Of a stretch of 64,000 nucleotides of DNA, positions 31,401-40,243 are shown in pieces. Position 1 is the stretch's first letter. Each line of letters opens with the position of its first letter. The position numbers were made by a program, and so were the translations under genes. The stretch is from an uncultured candidate division Zixibacteria bacterium (lineage in GTDB: Bacteria; Zixibacteria; MSB-5A5; GN15; PGXB01), in assembly GCA_963702205.1 (NCBI GenBank), contig OY969724.1, positions 800,001 to 864,000 on the forward strand, written 5' to 3'. The notes under the pieces are model-generated. The model was not told the DNA's origin. It did not search any database and was given only the letters and a program-made list of their open reading frames with translations.

Positions 31401-33187
31401 CAAATCGAGACGTTAAAGCGGGCAATATTATTGGCACTCACACCGCCGGCGGTTGTGAAGCTGCCCCCGGCGATCAGCTGGCCACCAAAGAATTTGAGGG
31501 CAAAGACTGGTCCATTCATCCCCGATCCCAGCGGCGACCAGGCTGAGGTTGTGTTATCCCAAGCTGCTATACGATTGGCGCTTGTTCCACCGGCGGTTGT
31601 GAAAGCTCCCCCGGCAAACAGCTTGTCATTATGAACAGTGAAGGCAATGACTGGGCCATTCATTCCCGATCCCAGCGGCGACCAGGCGGAGGTAGTGTTA
31701 TCCCAAGCTGCTATGCGATTGGCGCTTATGCCGCCGGCGGTTGTGAAATCCCCCCCGGCTATCAGCTTGCCATCATAAACTGTGAGGGCATAGACTATAT
31801 CATTCATCCCCGTTCCCAGCGGCGACCAGGTGGTGCCATCCCAGGCTGCTATATTATTGACGCTCACGCCGCCAGCAGTTGTGAAATAACCACCGGCTAT
31901 CAGCTTGCCATCATAAACTGTGAGGGCATAGACTGGTCCGTTCATCCCCGATCCCAGCGGCGACCAGGTGGTGCCATCCCAAGCCGCCCAGGCCGCAATA
32001 TACTTGGCGCTTACGCCGCCGGCGGTTGTGAAGATACCACCAGCTATCAACTTGTTATCATAGACTATGAGGGCTTGGATTTCGCCGTTCGTTCCATTCG
32101 TTCCGTTGTCCGGCACCCAGGGTGGAACCGGAGGCATTTGTACAGCACCGGAATCGACAATTGCGGACATACCGGAATTCAATTTTAGAGTAATAGCGTT
32201 GCCGATACGGGTGGTATCTTTATAAGGATTCGCCCAACGGTGCATGATTGCTATTTCATCAAGAGAATCGGTGTCGAAATTCCCGGACGTAACTGCCAGC
32301 CGACGCAGGCAGGTATGACCGGCACCTTGGGCGGCAATACTAAATGGAATTTTGGATTTATTGACTATATTGACATCGTAACTTGTCGAATCGTAATTAT
32401 AATTACAAACGACGTCATAAGAACAAACATTGATTGAGCCATTCGAATTTTGAGGGGACTTGACGAGCAGGACTATTTCATCAAAACCGTCGCCGTCAAA
32501 ATCTCCGGTGGTCACATCGAATCGGCTGATTTTGTCCATCCGCTGTGACGGCGGAACCAAGGTATAGACCGCCTGATCGGATATGGTCCCTTTTTCTTCC
32601 GGTATCGATAGTGAATCGACGTCGAAGACGGACAGGGTGACCGTGCCGTCGTATGCCAAGTAAGCCAGGACAAATTCTTTGCCGAAATCAGGATCGAAAT
32701 TCCCGGTCACGACGCGGATTTCTCCGAGGAATTCGGCCAAAGAGTCATTGGCATACAGAACGCCGGGTAATATAGAACTTGTAGGAACTCTCCATCCGGT
32801 AAAGTGCGGTGCGAGAGTGACAGAATCAATACACGGAATACCGAGAAATATTCCACCATCGGGGCGGTTCCACGCCACGACGGTTTCATCCATGCCGTCG
32901 CCGTTGAAATCAGCCGCGGCCATATCTCGAATGTTCCCGCATTGTCCGGACTCGGGAAAATTACCATCTCCCGACAAGTATACTGCATTCTCGCCTGATC
33001 CCGAGGCCCAATTAAACCCCCATCCGTGCAGGGAATCGTTTTGTATGCCCATACCGAAGATTTCGGGGGAGCAGTTTATCTTAAAACCACCGCCGAAGGG
33101 GTCGTCCGTGGCGTCCTGGGTCAGGGCCGGGATCGCCAACGCGATAAGCAGGACCGACATGATGAGGAACAATACCAATGCCTTCAT
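28451..33187 (-). CDS. Giant secreted protein: FG-GAP motifs, 46-aa propeller repeats, CARDB-like domain, TSP3 repeats, dockerin
   Basis: Signal peptide; LIAGGxFTTAGG...WDG..WSPLGSGM repeats; DNCP repeats; C-terminal dockerin. Confidence 0.9.
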   Translation of the reverse strand: MKALVLFLIMSVLLIALAIPALTQDATDDPFGGGFKINCSPEIFGMGIQNDSLHGWGFNWASGSGENAVYLSGDGNFPESGQCGNIRDMAAADFNGDGMDETVVAWNRPDGGIFLGIPCIDSVTLAPHFTGWRVPTSSILPGVLYANDSLAEFLGEIRVVTGNFDPDFGKEFVLAYLAYDGTVTLSVFDVDSLSIPEEKGTISDQAVYTLVPPSQRMDKISRFDVTTGDFDGDGFDEIVLLVKSPQNSNGSINVCSYDVVCNYNYDSTSYDVNIVNKSKIPFSIAAQGAGHTCLRRLAVTSGNFDTDSLDEIAIMHRWANPYKDTTRIGNAITLKLNSGMSAIVDSGAVQMPPVPPWVPDNGTNGTNGEIQALIVYDNKLIAGGIFTTAGGVSAKYIAAWAAWDGTTWSPLGSGMNGPVYALTVYDGKLIAGGYFTTAGGVSVNNIAAWDGTTWSPLGTGMNDIVYALTVYDGKLIAGGDFTTAGGISANRIAAWDNTTSAWSPLGSGMNGPVIAFTVHNDKLFAGGAFTTAGGTSANRIAAWDNTTSAWSPLGSGMNGPVFALKFFGGQLIAGGSFTTAGGVSANNIARFNVSIWVPVGTGMNSIVRAFTIYNNNLIAGGYFTTADGVSANHIASWNITTWSPLGSGMDDCCVKALTDYYDGKLIAGGDFTTAGGAIANNIAGWDGASWSAFGLRSELPMDIMAGNIDRNLPGDNIVDELFITSCRQNGDSIEQFVKGYSFDGGTLCQIVDTAVVDGIRSDMNPGDMFSGRRTVALGEVTGDGWTDLTMLLSNNTGAPKIEVFGIYPDTESVCALDSMVFLDALETGLNGLSELVLADMDTMTVTLGPPISFTIDSIVQPLALIYAPPVHYDILNGTTWDISRRYPFPGDPAYNSRVEYIKDEQATLMTETKLHWDWGVSNSVKNWHDYGGFNASNYFDSTYGEGFAKDSSLSKTITVGWDITSNVDQIQYIRYSCRVFEYPIFAGGKKRGDVMVLGPQYTSNTTDPAIDCNNLLPNHEVENILSYPPCNEAGELSYNPLMASGVIGQATDMWTMQQIGSPSVWTLSQALDVTTSVDSSTDYSSTYDTTKGLTFEASASFTFGVDAFKTTLGSSLFHFEIGNETSNGNSYSGGELSTMTTSYHRTDAVKVYFEAINTLGSYADNRKYRVRPYAYWANSGALVIDYAVEPCQNQSKLPPSWWQIHYSVEDPAFILPWRLEKEKLGTTDAERYRYRTREILFVPDNPAPNDTILIAARVHNYSLVPTQGNVKVSFYLGNPAHGLILKDKNSGDSVFYACDTLGNPTVIAPQGSAIAMMHYRVPSNIPACQLIWAVIDPFNEITPEVHDNDDWATNNKGWNELRVKTITGSVCTDSDGDGWYDPDTTCSSCDDYSTGWDDEWDNCPSVPNPDQTDSDGDGIGDACDICPGFNDNANADSDGIPDGCDNCPNDNNLDQLDTDGDLLGDVCDPDDDDDGILDTSDNCPLNYNPLQEDEDEDGIGDACEIAEYICGDASGDQVVNLLDILYLIAYKYNTPPGPAPIPPEAGDANGDGAVNLIDILYLIAYKYNSPPGPEPICP

Positions 33188-33540
33188 AGTCACCACCTCA
33201 GGATTAAATTTTTGCGCAAAGCACTAAGTTTAGTTGCAGTTATTTTTTTGGCTATCGATGTTCCAGCGGCTTATGGGTATAAGCCGAAAAATTGGATTAT
33301 TCAAGGGAATAAACCGGAATGAGCAAGGAAATAATCAACGGCCTAAACATAGCAGTTCTCCCGTCGATATTATCCGTATAATACCGGCTTTAAGGTTGGC
33401 TTAAAATAGCGGACAATCCTGTCTTTGTCAAGCCTTCATATGGCTTAAGACCGGCTCGAAACAATAGCCGGGGCCAGAAGCAAAGAAGCGGCTGAATCAG
33501 CCACTTCCGTGTTGAGGCAAAAACATCTGTCTATTACGTT

Positions 33541-33595
33541 GAATTAAGCAAGTATCTTCCAAAATCATCAATAAAGGGACGCTTTTTTTATTGAT
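33541..33595 (+). repeat. att-like junction 1
   Basis: Left arm AAAATCATCAATAAA + GGGACGC (33576-33582) + T7A; right arm differs from other copies. Confidence 0.75.
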
Positions 33596-33753
33596 ATAAT
33601 TCGGGTTAGTCTTCTTAATCCCGCCGTTTTGTCAATACATAAGCAGGCAATTAGATTGCAAAAATGCAGAAGGACATCAGGTATTCAGTCTACAGATAGG
33701 GCCGGGGTTTTTCTGATTTTGTTGCAGTCCTTAAGATTGACCCGGCATTATGA

Positions 33754-35064
33754 TTAATTGTCGATCCCAAGTGCCTTGATTTTGCGCCACAGAGTGGTGC
33801 GATGCATGCCCAGCTCTCTGGCGGCCCTGACCTTGTTGCCGTTGTATCGTCTTAGAGTCTCCGAGATTAAGACTTTCTCACTGCTTTTATGATTATATGT
33901 TTTGTCTCCGGGGGAACTGTCGGATACGATGTGCTGGGGCAGGTGTTCCATGCCGATTTCCGAATCGTGGCACATGACAAAAGCATGTTCTATGGCGTTT
34001 TCCAATTCGCGGACATTGCCGGGCAACGGGTGCTGTCGTATGGTTGCCAATGCGTCCGGCGATATTGATTTAATTGGTCGGTGGCTTTTCTTTTTGAACT
34101 TTTGAATGAAGTGGTTGATTAACAGCGGGATATCCTCGGGCCGCTCTCTCAGCGGCGGAATGGTTATGTTGACGACATTGATACGGTAATAGAGATCCTC
34201 ACGGAAGCGACCGTTTTTTATTTCCTCTTCGAGGTTGGAATTAGTGGCCGCAATTATTCTGGCGTTGGTATGATAGGTCTTGGCCGACCCGAGGGGACGA
34301 TATTCTCCATTATTCAGCACCCTCAGCAATTTCACCTGCAGAGACAGATCCATCTCACCGATTTCGTCGAGCAAAAGCGCGCCATTGTTGGCTAAACTAA
34401 ACTGCCCCGGTTTATTGCTTTTGGCATCGGTAAAAGCGCCTTTTTCGTATCCGAACAGCTCCGATTCGAGCAGATTGACTGGAAGAGCGGCACAGTTCAA
34501 TCGTATGTATGGTCCATAGCGGCGGGGGCTCAGCCCGTGGATAACCTGGGCGAACAATTCCTTCCCGGAACCGCTCGGTCCCTGAATGAGTACGTTGCAC
34601 TCCGATTCAGCGATATCGGGCAGGAGGTTTATCAGCGCCTGCATTTTCTGATTTACGCTTATTATGCTGTCGAGGGTGTTTTTCTGGTTCAGGCTTTTGC
34701 GCAGATATTCAATTTCAGATATGTCCCTGAAAAATTCCACGGCTCCGATCAGTTCACCCGCTTCGTTTTTTAGCATGGTCGTTGTGACGCTTATCGGCAG
34801 TTCATTCCCACTTCGTGTAATAATCGTAACCCGGGCGTTTTCCACGGGGTTGTGAGTTTTAAGGGTATCTTTCAGGGCGCACTGGCTGTGACATACTTCG
34901 GTTCTGAATATATCGAAGCAGTGCTTCCCTTTGGCCTCGGAAGCTTTAAAACCGGTGATTCTTTCGGCGGATTTATTGAATGAAGTAATAATGCAGTTTT
35001 TATCGACGGTAAAAACGCCATCGTTAATACAGTTTAATATCAGCTTGGTCAGTTCCTTATCCAT
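33754..35064 (-). CDS. PAS-domain sigma54-dependent activator (Fis HTH)
   Basis: PAS, GPSGSGKE, ESELFG..GAFTDA, LDEIGE, GNVRELEN, C-terminal HTH. Confidence 0.95.
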   Translation of the reverse strand: MDKELTKLILNCINDGVFTVDKNCIITSFNKSAERITGFKASEAKGKHCFDIFRTEVCHSQCALKDTLKTHNPVENARVTIITRSGNELPISVTTTMLKNEAGELIGAVEFFRDISEIEYLRKSLNQKNTLDSIISVNQKMQALINLLPDIAESECNVLIQGPSGSGKELFAQVIHGLSPRRYGPYIRLNCAALPVNLLESELFGYEKGAFTDAKSNKPGQFSLANNGALLLDEIGEMDLSLQVKLLRVLNNGEYRPLGSAKTYHTNARIIAATNSNLEEEIKNGRFREDLYYRINVVNITIPPLRERPEDIPLLINHFIQKFKKKSHRPIKSISPDALATIRQHPLPGNVRELENAIEHAFVMCHDSEIGMEHLPQHIVSDSSPGDKTYNHKSSEKVLISETLRRYNGNKVRAARELGMHRTTLWRKIKALGIDN

Positions 35065-35154
35065 CGTGGTCCCCGGAAATATCCATACCTGACTTAATAT
35101 ACATCGTCTATTTTTTGCGACAACCCATATTCCTGAAAAAACTCATCCGGAATA

Positions 35155-35703
35155 TCAGGTTTGAACGTCGGACCGGGTAAAATTGAGGCTCTTCCATTGT
35201 TTCCTGTCAAGATCGAGTTTGTCTTCGATAAGAATAGCCCGGCTGTTGAGATATATCTGTTCGGCGGACTTGGGGCCGATTAATACTACGGGGGCAATGA
35301 ATTTTTCCGCGAACTCCTCTATCGGATAGCGACCGAATTTTATGCCTTTGGTGATATAAGCCAGGACAAGGACCTGGAATTCGTGGACCAATAAACAGCG
35401 GTGGAGTTCTGTCCATTCAGCATGTTCACAAAGCCGGAATCCGACGTTGAGATAATCCCCGGCACGATCTTCATAGTACATGCGCAGTTCTTTTTCCTTT
35501 TGGATAGCCAGTCTCTCCCGCTCATCCGGCCATAGCCGATCGATATCATCCAATTGGTCGGCATACGGATCCGTCAAAAAATGAAATACGTTCAGTTGCA
35601 GTGATTGATTTCGCGACAGCTTCAATGCAAAGTCGAAGGCCCAGTCTCCCTGTTCCGAGTAATGAGCGCAAAATCCTACGGAGTTCAACGTTGGAATGGC
35701 CAT
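35155..35703 (-). CDS. Conserved hypothetical protein, possibly universal-stress-like fold
   Basis: N-terminal ...AFDFALKLS...LNVFH and C-terminal PVVLI pattern. Confidence 0.55.
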   Translation of the reverse strand: MAIPTLNSVGFCAHYSEQGDWAFDFALKLSRNQSLQLNVFHFLTDPYADQLDDIDRLWPDERERLAIQKEKELRMYYEDRAGDYLNVGFRLCEHAEWTELHRCLLVHEFQVLVLAYITKGIKFGRYPIEEFAEKFIAPVVLIGPKSAEQIYLNSRAILIEDKLDLDRKQWKSLNFTRSDVQT

Positions 35704-35748
35704 AACCGCCCTCCTTCTTCTATACCTGAAAAGTCATTTTGTTTATTT

Positions 35749-36774
35749 TCATTGCCTGGCTTGAGAGGCTTCCTTCAAATAGTATTCGGAATACACGGCC
35801 CCGATCGGATTATTGGCCAGGGACCGGTCCTTCACGAAAAGCGCCGTGGACGGGGCGTGACTCGCCTGCATGAAAACGCAGTCGGATCCCATGCAAAGCC
35901 CGACCAGAATGTTGAAATCAGTCCCGATCCGGTTCAAAACCTGTGCCTGTCCCCACGGATTGCACGATATATGTTTTTTTGCCCGACGATCTTTACCGTC
36001 GAGATCGTTGAACGCAGGGTGCACAAGCCCGGGACCGTCGATTTTACAGCAGACCGGGAACACTTTAAAAAACCTTTGAAGAATTTTCGCGAGAATCAAG
36101 GTCGGTTCTTCAAGCTCGACGCAGTAAGCAATACCGATTCCGCTATATTTCATTTCCAGGCAAAAATATACCAGTTCCGACAGACGACATAGCGTCCGTT
36201 CGCTTTCGCAGGCGATGTCGGTTGCCGCATCGAGCATACACAATTGCTCTTTATTGGGCGTGTTTCGACCCCAAAAAGTTTCCGGTTCGAAACGGCACCC
36301 CTTGCCGTCCAGACAGCTCCGGATAGTACAGGTCAGACAATTCAGTTTATCGATATTGTCGGTTTCCGTATTTTTCCCGGGGGCCGCCTCTTTTACAGTT
36401 GTTCCCCCGGAAGATTGAGGCGAGGGATCGGCGTCGCTATCCTGTAGTTCGTGGTTCAATCCGAAACCGGCTTTGAGCTCGCCGGATGTAAGCCCGTGAA
36501 TCACGCCGTCGGTGGTACCAATGACATTGTCGATGACGTTCAAGTTTCTTTTGTTCAGGAATTCTTTGTTTTCATTGGTTATGCCGCCGCAAACGAGTAC
36601 GTCGACACGGTTCTGCAACAGCAAATCACTAAGGTCGGGCAAATTCAAATTATCGACCGGGAGTCTTTTGGGAGTACAAAGCCCGCTTCGTTTTTGGGAT
36701 ATTAGCATGATCGAATCGGCATATGAGCATCGCGGCGATACCCGTTCCCCGAGCAATGTTATTCCATACTTCAT
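35749..36774 (-). CDS. NifB/NifX-like domain fused to DUF1847 Cys-rich domain
   Basis: RVSPR...VDVLVCGGI N-terminus; CCKI, CNPWGQA, GLCMGSD, VKDR.LANNP; GAGGA RBS before ATG 36774. Confidence 0.8.
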   Translation of the reverse strand: MKYGITLLGERVSPRCSYADSIMLISQKRSGLCTPKRLPVDNLNLPDLSDLLLQNRVDVLVCGGITNENKEFLNKRNLNVIDNVIGTTDGVIHGLTSGELKAGFGLNHELQDSDADPSPQSSGGTTVKEAAPGKNTETDNIDKLNCLTCTIRSCLDGKGCRFEPETFWGRNTPNKEQLCMLDAATDIACESERTLCRLSELVYFCLEMKYSGIGIAYCVELEEPTLILAKILQRFFKVFPVCCKIDGPGLVHPAFNDLDGKDRRAKKHISCNPWGQAQVLNRIGTDFNILVGLCMGSDCVFMQASHAPSTALFVKDRSLANNPIGAVYSEYYLKEASQARQ

Positions 36775-36797
36775 ATTTATTCCTCGTTTGAATATGT

Positions 36798-36813
36798 TGC
36801 AATTGGAATGCCG
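36798..36813 (-). promoter_or_regulatory. Sigma54 (-24/-12) promoter
   Basis: CGGCATTCCAATTGCA = GG-N10-GC, just upstream of the RBS. Confidence 0.6.
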
Positions 36814-37023
36814 ATAAATGGTGATGGCATAAATCTGTTTTTCGTTAAAGGCATTTCCGGGAATTTGTGCCAAACCTAATGGCGTCCCTAATCGAATGGA
36901 CAACAATGTGATAGTAGTTTAAAGAATGTCCCAAGTATTCAGAAATAATAATATAATGAGGTTAACGCGGCTGGGATATGTTTCATTCCGTGCAGCCAAC
37001 AGTTTTGTTATTGCGATAAAACA

Positions 37024-37071
37024 AGTTGCGTAACGCAACTTAGTGTTGCAACCGACGCAACGTTTCGCAAC
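37024..37071. promoter_or_regulatory. Putative activator binding sites (GTTGC/GCAAC inverted repeats)
   Basis: AGTTGCGTAACGCAACT, GTTGCAACCGACGCAAC and a further CGCAAC, between two sigma54 promoters. Confidence 0.6.
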
Positions 37072-37236
37072 GGTTTCTGATCGGGTTGGCCTGAGTCGGT
37101 CAATAGCTGGAGGTTCGTGTTTTAATGCGGCTGACTAATTTGGAGATTCCCAACGACGGCTAATCGCTTGCACCGCTTAATAAATTTCCGAATCCACATG
37201 CACTATTAAAAAGATATAATGGTACCGTCAAATCCT

Positions 37237-37254
37237 TTGGTATAGGGTTTGCAT
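37237..37254 (+). promoter_or_regulatory. Sigma54 (-24/-12) promoter of the redox operon
   Basis: TTGGTATAGGGTTTGCAT = GG-N10-GC. Confidence 0.7.
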
Positions 37255-37292
37255 ACCAGCGATGTCGAAAGATAATTATAACAAGGTGTACA

Positions 37293-38733
37293 ATGGACGG
37301 CAAAATAACGCACAATAGCACTCCCGGCGAAGTCGGGAAAGTCGCAAATCAATATCCGTACTATATAGAAAACCCGGTCAGGGAAAATCGTGTCGAGCGC
37401 TTTTTGGAGGCTTTTGCCGCGGTATTGAAGTACAGTGACTATAGATCGTTACTCGATTCATACTGTAATTCCAGTACTAAATGCAACCGTTGCGCGGTTG
37501 CGTGCCCGGTTTTTCTGGCCACCGGCAACCCGAGGGACATACCCTGCTACCGGACCAATCTTATACTCGATATATACAAAAGGTATTTCACTATCGGAGG
37601 AGCGATCAGGGCTCGATTAACGAGCGGTTTCGAGCTGACCGAAGAAATTATCGATGACATGCTCGACGTGTTTTACCGATGCACCGCTTGTCGCCGGTGT
37701 ACCAGCGAGTGTCCTCTAGGTGTGGATCATGGGATGATAACCCGGCTGGCCCGCTATATTTTGAGCCTTATCGGGATTGTGCCCAAAGCCCTGCAGGTCA
37801 GCGTTCGGGAGCAACTGGAGGGAGAAACGCATAATACGTCCAAGGTCCCAAGGGAAGCTCTTATTAACACTCTTGACTTTTTATCGGAAGAGTTGGAAGA
37901 TATGTTCGGTATCAGGATGGATTTCCCGGTTGATAAGAAGAACCGGGATTATGTCTTTTTCTGTGCCGTCAGCGACTATTTGCTGGAGCCTGATACTCTC
38001 ATGGGCAACGCCGCCGTCCTGTACGCCTCCGGTGACTGGGACAAATGGACCATCGGATCCAGAAATTATGATGGCATCAACTATGGGCTTTTCTACAGTG
38101 ACTGGCACCTGGAATCCATCATCAGACAACTGGTTGACGAAGTCACCCGCCTCGATGGCAGAACTATTCTGATAGGGGAGTGCGGCCACGCTTCGCGTTC
38201 TGCGCACGATTTCGTTCCGGTGTTCGCGGGACGAGATGAATATCCCGTCGTCAACTTCATGGAGTACACTCTTAAATGTATCAATGAAGGCCGGATCAAG
38301 CTCGATGATGATATTATTACGGAACGAGTGACGTATCACGATCCCTGCAATATCTCACGTTCGGGGTGGATTATCGACCAGCCGCGCAGGATACTGAAGA
38401 CCTTTGTCAAAGACTTTGTCGAAATGAAGCCGAACGGCCGCGAGAACTACTGCTGCGGCGGAGGCGGCGGGCTTGTCTCGATCGACGAAATTCACGAATT
38501 CCGCATGAGTGTCGCCGGGCGCGTCAAAGCCGAACAGTTGCGCCGCACCGGAGCCGAGATCTGCATTGCTCCGTGCGCCAATTGTAAAAAGCAATTGAAG
38601 GAATTGGTTGAGTACCTATGATATTCCCTGCCGGGTCATGGGTTTGCACGATCTTATTCTGAAAGCCATTCATATTCCCGGGGGAAAATCGCCGCAGGAA
38701 AGAAAAGAAGAAGCGGCATTATTGGAAATGTAA
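37293..38733 (+). CDS. HdrD/DsrK/HmcF-like Fe-S protein with CCG domain; frameshift at ~38616
   Basis: CNRCAVAC, CTACRRC..CP, YHDPC, CCGGGGG; other frame continues YDIPCRVMGLHDLILKAI to stop 38733. Confidence 0.88.
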
Positions 38734-38753
38734 AAACTACAGGACAACTAAAC

Positions 38754-39452
38754 ATGGTGCAATGGATAGATTTCGCAAAAGGGCCGTTATTCGCCTTTAC
38801 ATTTTTGGTTATGGTTATCGGACTGATAAGGTTGGCTGTTATCCAGATATATTCCATATTTTCCGGTAAGGGACGCAAACTCAAGAATGCACCATGGAAG
38901 AAAATAGTCACCGATACCTTAAGCTGGGTAGTACCCGTACGTCATCTCATACCCGGGACACGGATATTTTCGACGGTTTCATTCCTCAGTCATATCGGAA
39001 TTATTATCGTACCTTTATTTCTGGCCGATCATATAGTCTTGTGGGAAGGGCTTTTTAAATTCAATTTGCCGGAAATAGGATATGGACTGGCGGACGTATT
39101 GACGATATTTTCTATAGCCTGCCTGGTTATCCTGTTTTCATTCCGCGTCTTTTCGCCGCGCCTGAGATCCATGAGCCGCAAAATGGATTATATTTTGTTG
39201 ATCAACATCCTGGTTCCATTTGTCACCGGCTACATGGCCCGGCATCCCAATGTCAATCCGGTTTCGTGGAACGCCATCATGCTCGTGCATCTGCTGAGCG
39301 CTGATTTGCTTTTCCTGATAATCCCGTTTACGAAGCTGGCCCATATCGTGCTGTTTGCATTCGACCGAATTTCGGGCATTCACTGGCAGCTTCGTCCGGG
39401 AGCCGGGGCTCAAGTGGCCGAAACGCTCTATGGCAAGGAGGCCAAAGTATGA
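38754..39452 (+). CDS. NarI/DsrM/HmcE-like membrane cytochrome b
   Basis: Five TM segments, His at SHIG, ADH, VHLL, PFTKLAH. Confidence 0.85.
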   Translation: MVQWIDFAKGPLFAFTFLVMVIGLIRLAVIQIYSIFSGKGRKLKNAPWKKIVTDTLSWVVPVRHLIPGTRIFSTVSFLSHIGIIIVPLFLADHIVLWEGLFKFNLPEIGYGLADVLTIFSIACLVILFSFRVFSPRLRSMSRKMDYILLINILVPFVTGYMARHPNVNPVSWNAIMLVHLLSADLLFLIIPFTKLAHIVLFAFDRISGIHWQLRPGAGAQVAETLYGKEAKV

Positions 39453-40243
39453 GTTATGGTATACTGGTCGATACAACTAAATGCCGGGGGTGTGAGCAGT
39501 GTGTCTTGGCTTGCGCAGCCAGTCACGGCACGGCGGCGCCACAGACAATTCAGGAAAAGGTTTTAAACCGTGACGGGTTGTCAGCGTATCGGTTAACCGA
39601 CGTCAGGGATATAAGCCCCGGTCACTTCGCCAAAATAAGCTGCATGCACTGCGTCGACCCGAGTTGCGTCTCGGCCTGCCTCGTCGGCGGAATAACAAAA
39701 ACCAATGAAGGTCCGGTTGTTTATGATCGCGAGAAGTGTATCGGTTGCCGGTATTGCATGCTGGCCTGCCCCTTCCATATTCCCCGCTATGAATGGGATA
39801 AAATCGTCCCGTATATGGCCAAGTGTGATATGTGTTTTGATCGACTGAACAAGGGCGAACTGCCGGCGTGTGTGGACGCGTGTCCTGAAAAGGCAATAAA
39901 GTTCGGAGATCGGGAAAAGCTTCTCACTGAAGCGCAAACCGCCATAAAAAACAAATCTGATCTATATATTAATCACGTATGGGGAGCAAAGGAATTTGGC
40001 GGCACCTCGATTCTTTACATTTCTGACGTCGATCTGTCCGCACTGGGGTGGCCGGAACCGATTCCCGCCTCCATACCCTCGTTGACCGAACCTTTGATTC
40101 ACACGACGCCGATAATAGGCATGACCGTCGCCGGTGCTCTTCTGGCAATAAACTGGACAGTTAAACGGAGAATCAAAATAGCCTCTGAAGACAATCAAAA
40201 GGGATCAGAATCCAATGGTGCGGAGAAAAAAAGCCATGAATAA
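39449..40243 (+). CDS. HybA/HmcB-like 4Fe-4S ferredoxin with C-terminal TM anchor
   Basis: CRGCEQC, CMHCVDPSC, CIGCRYC..ACP, KCDMC, PACVDACP. Confidence 0.92.
   Translation: MSYGILVDTTKCRGCEQCVLACAASHGTAAPQTIQEKVLNRDGLSAYRLTDVRDISPGHFAKISCMHCVDPSCVSACLVGGITKTNEGPVVYDREKCIGCRYCMLACPFHIPRYEWDKIVPYMAKCDMCFDRLNKGELPACVDACPEKAIKFGDREKLLTEAQTAIKNKSDLYINHVWGAKEFGGTSILYISDVDLSALGWPEPIPASIPSLTEPLIHTTPIIGMTVAGALLAINWTVKRRIKIASEDNQKGSESNGAEKKSHE

Noticed and set aside
36775..36906. N-terminal extensions in the ORF track (also 7037-7111, 56975-57085 and 63314-63397)
   Set aside because: They overlap promoters or neighbouring genes; downstream ATGs fit the RBS or domain starts better
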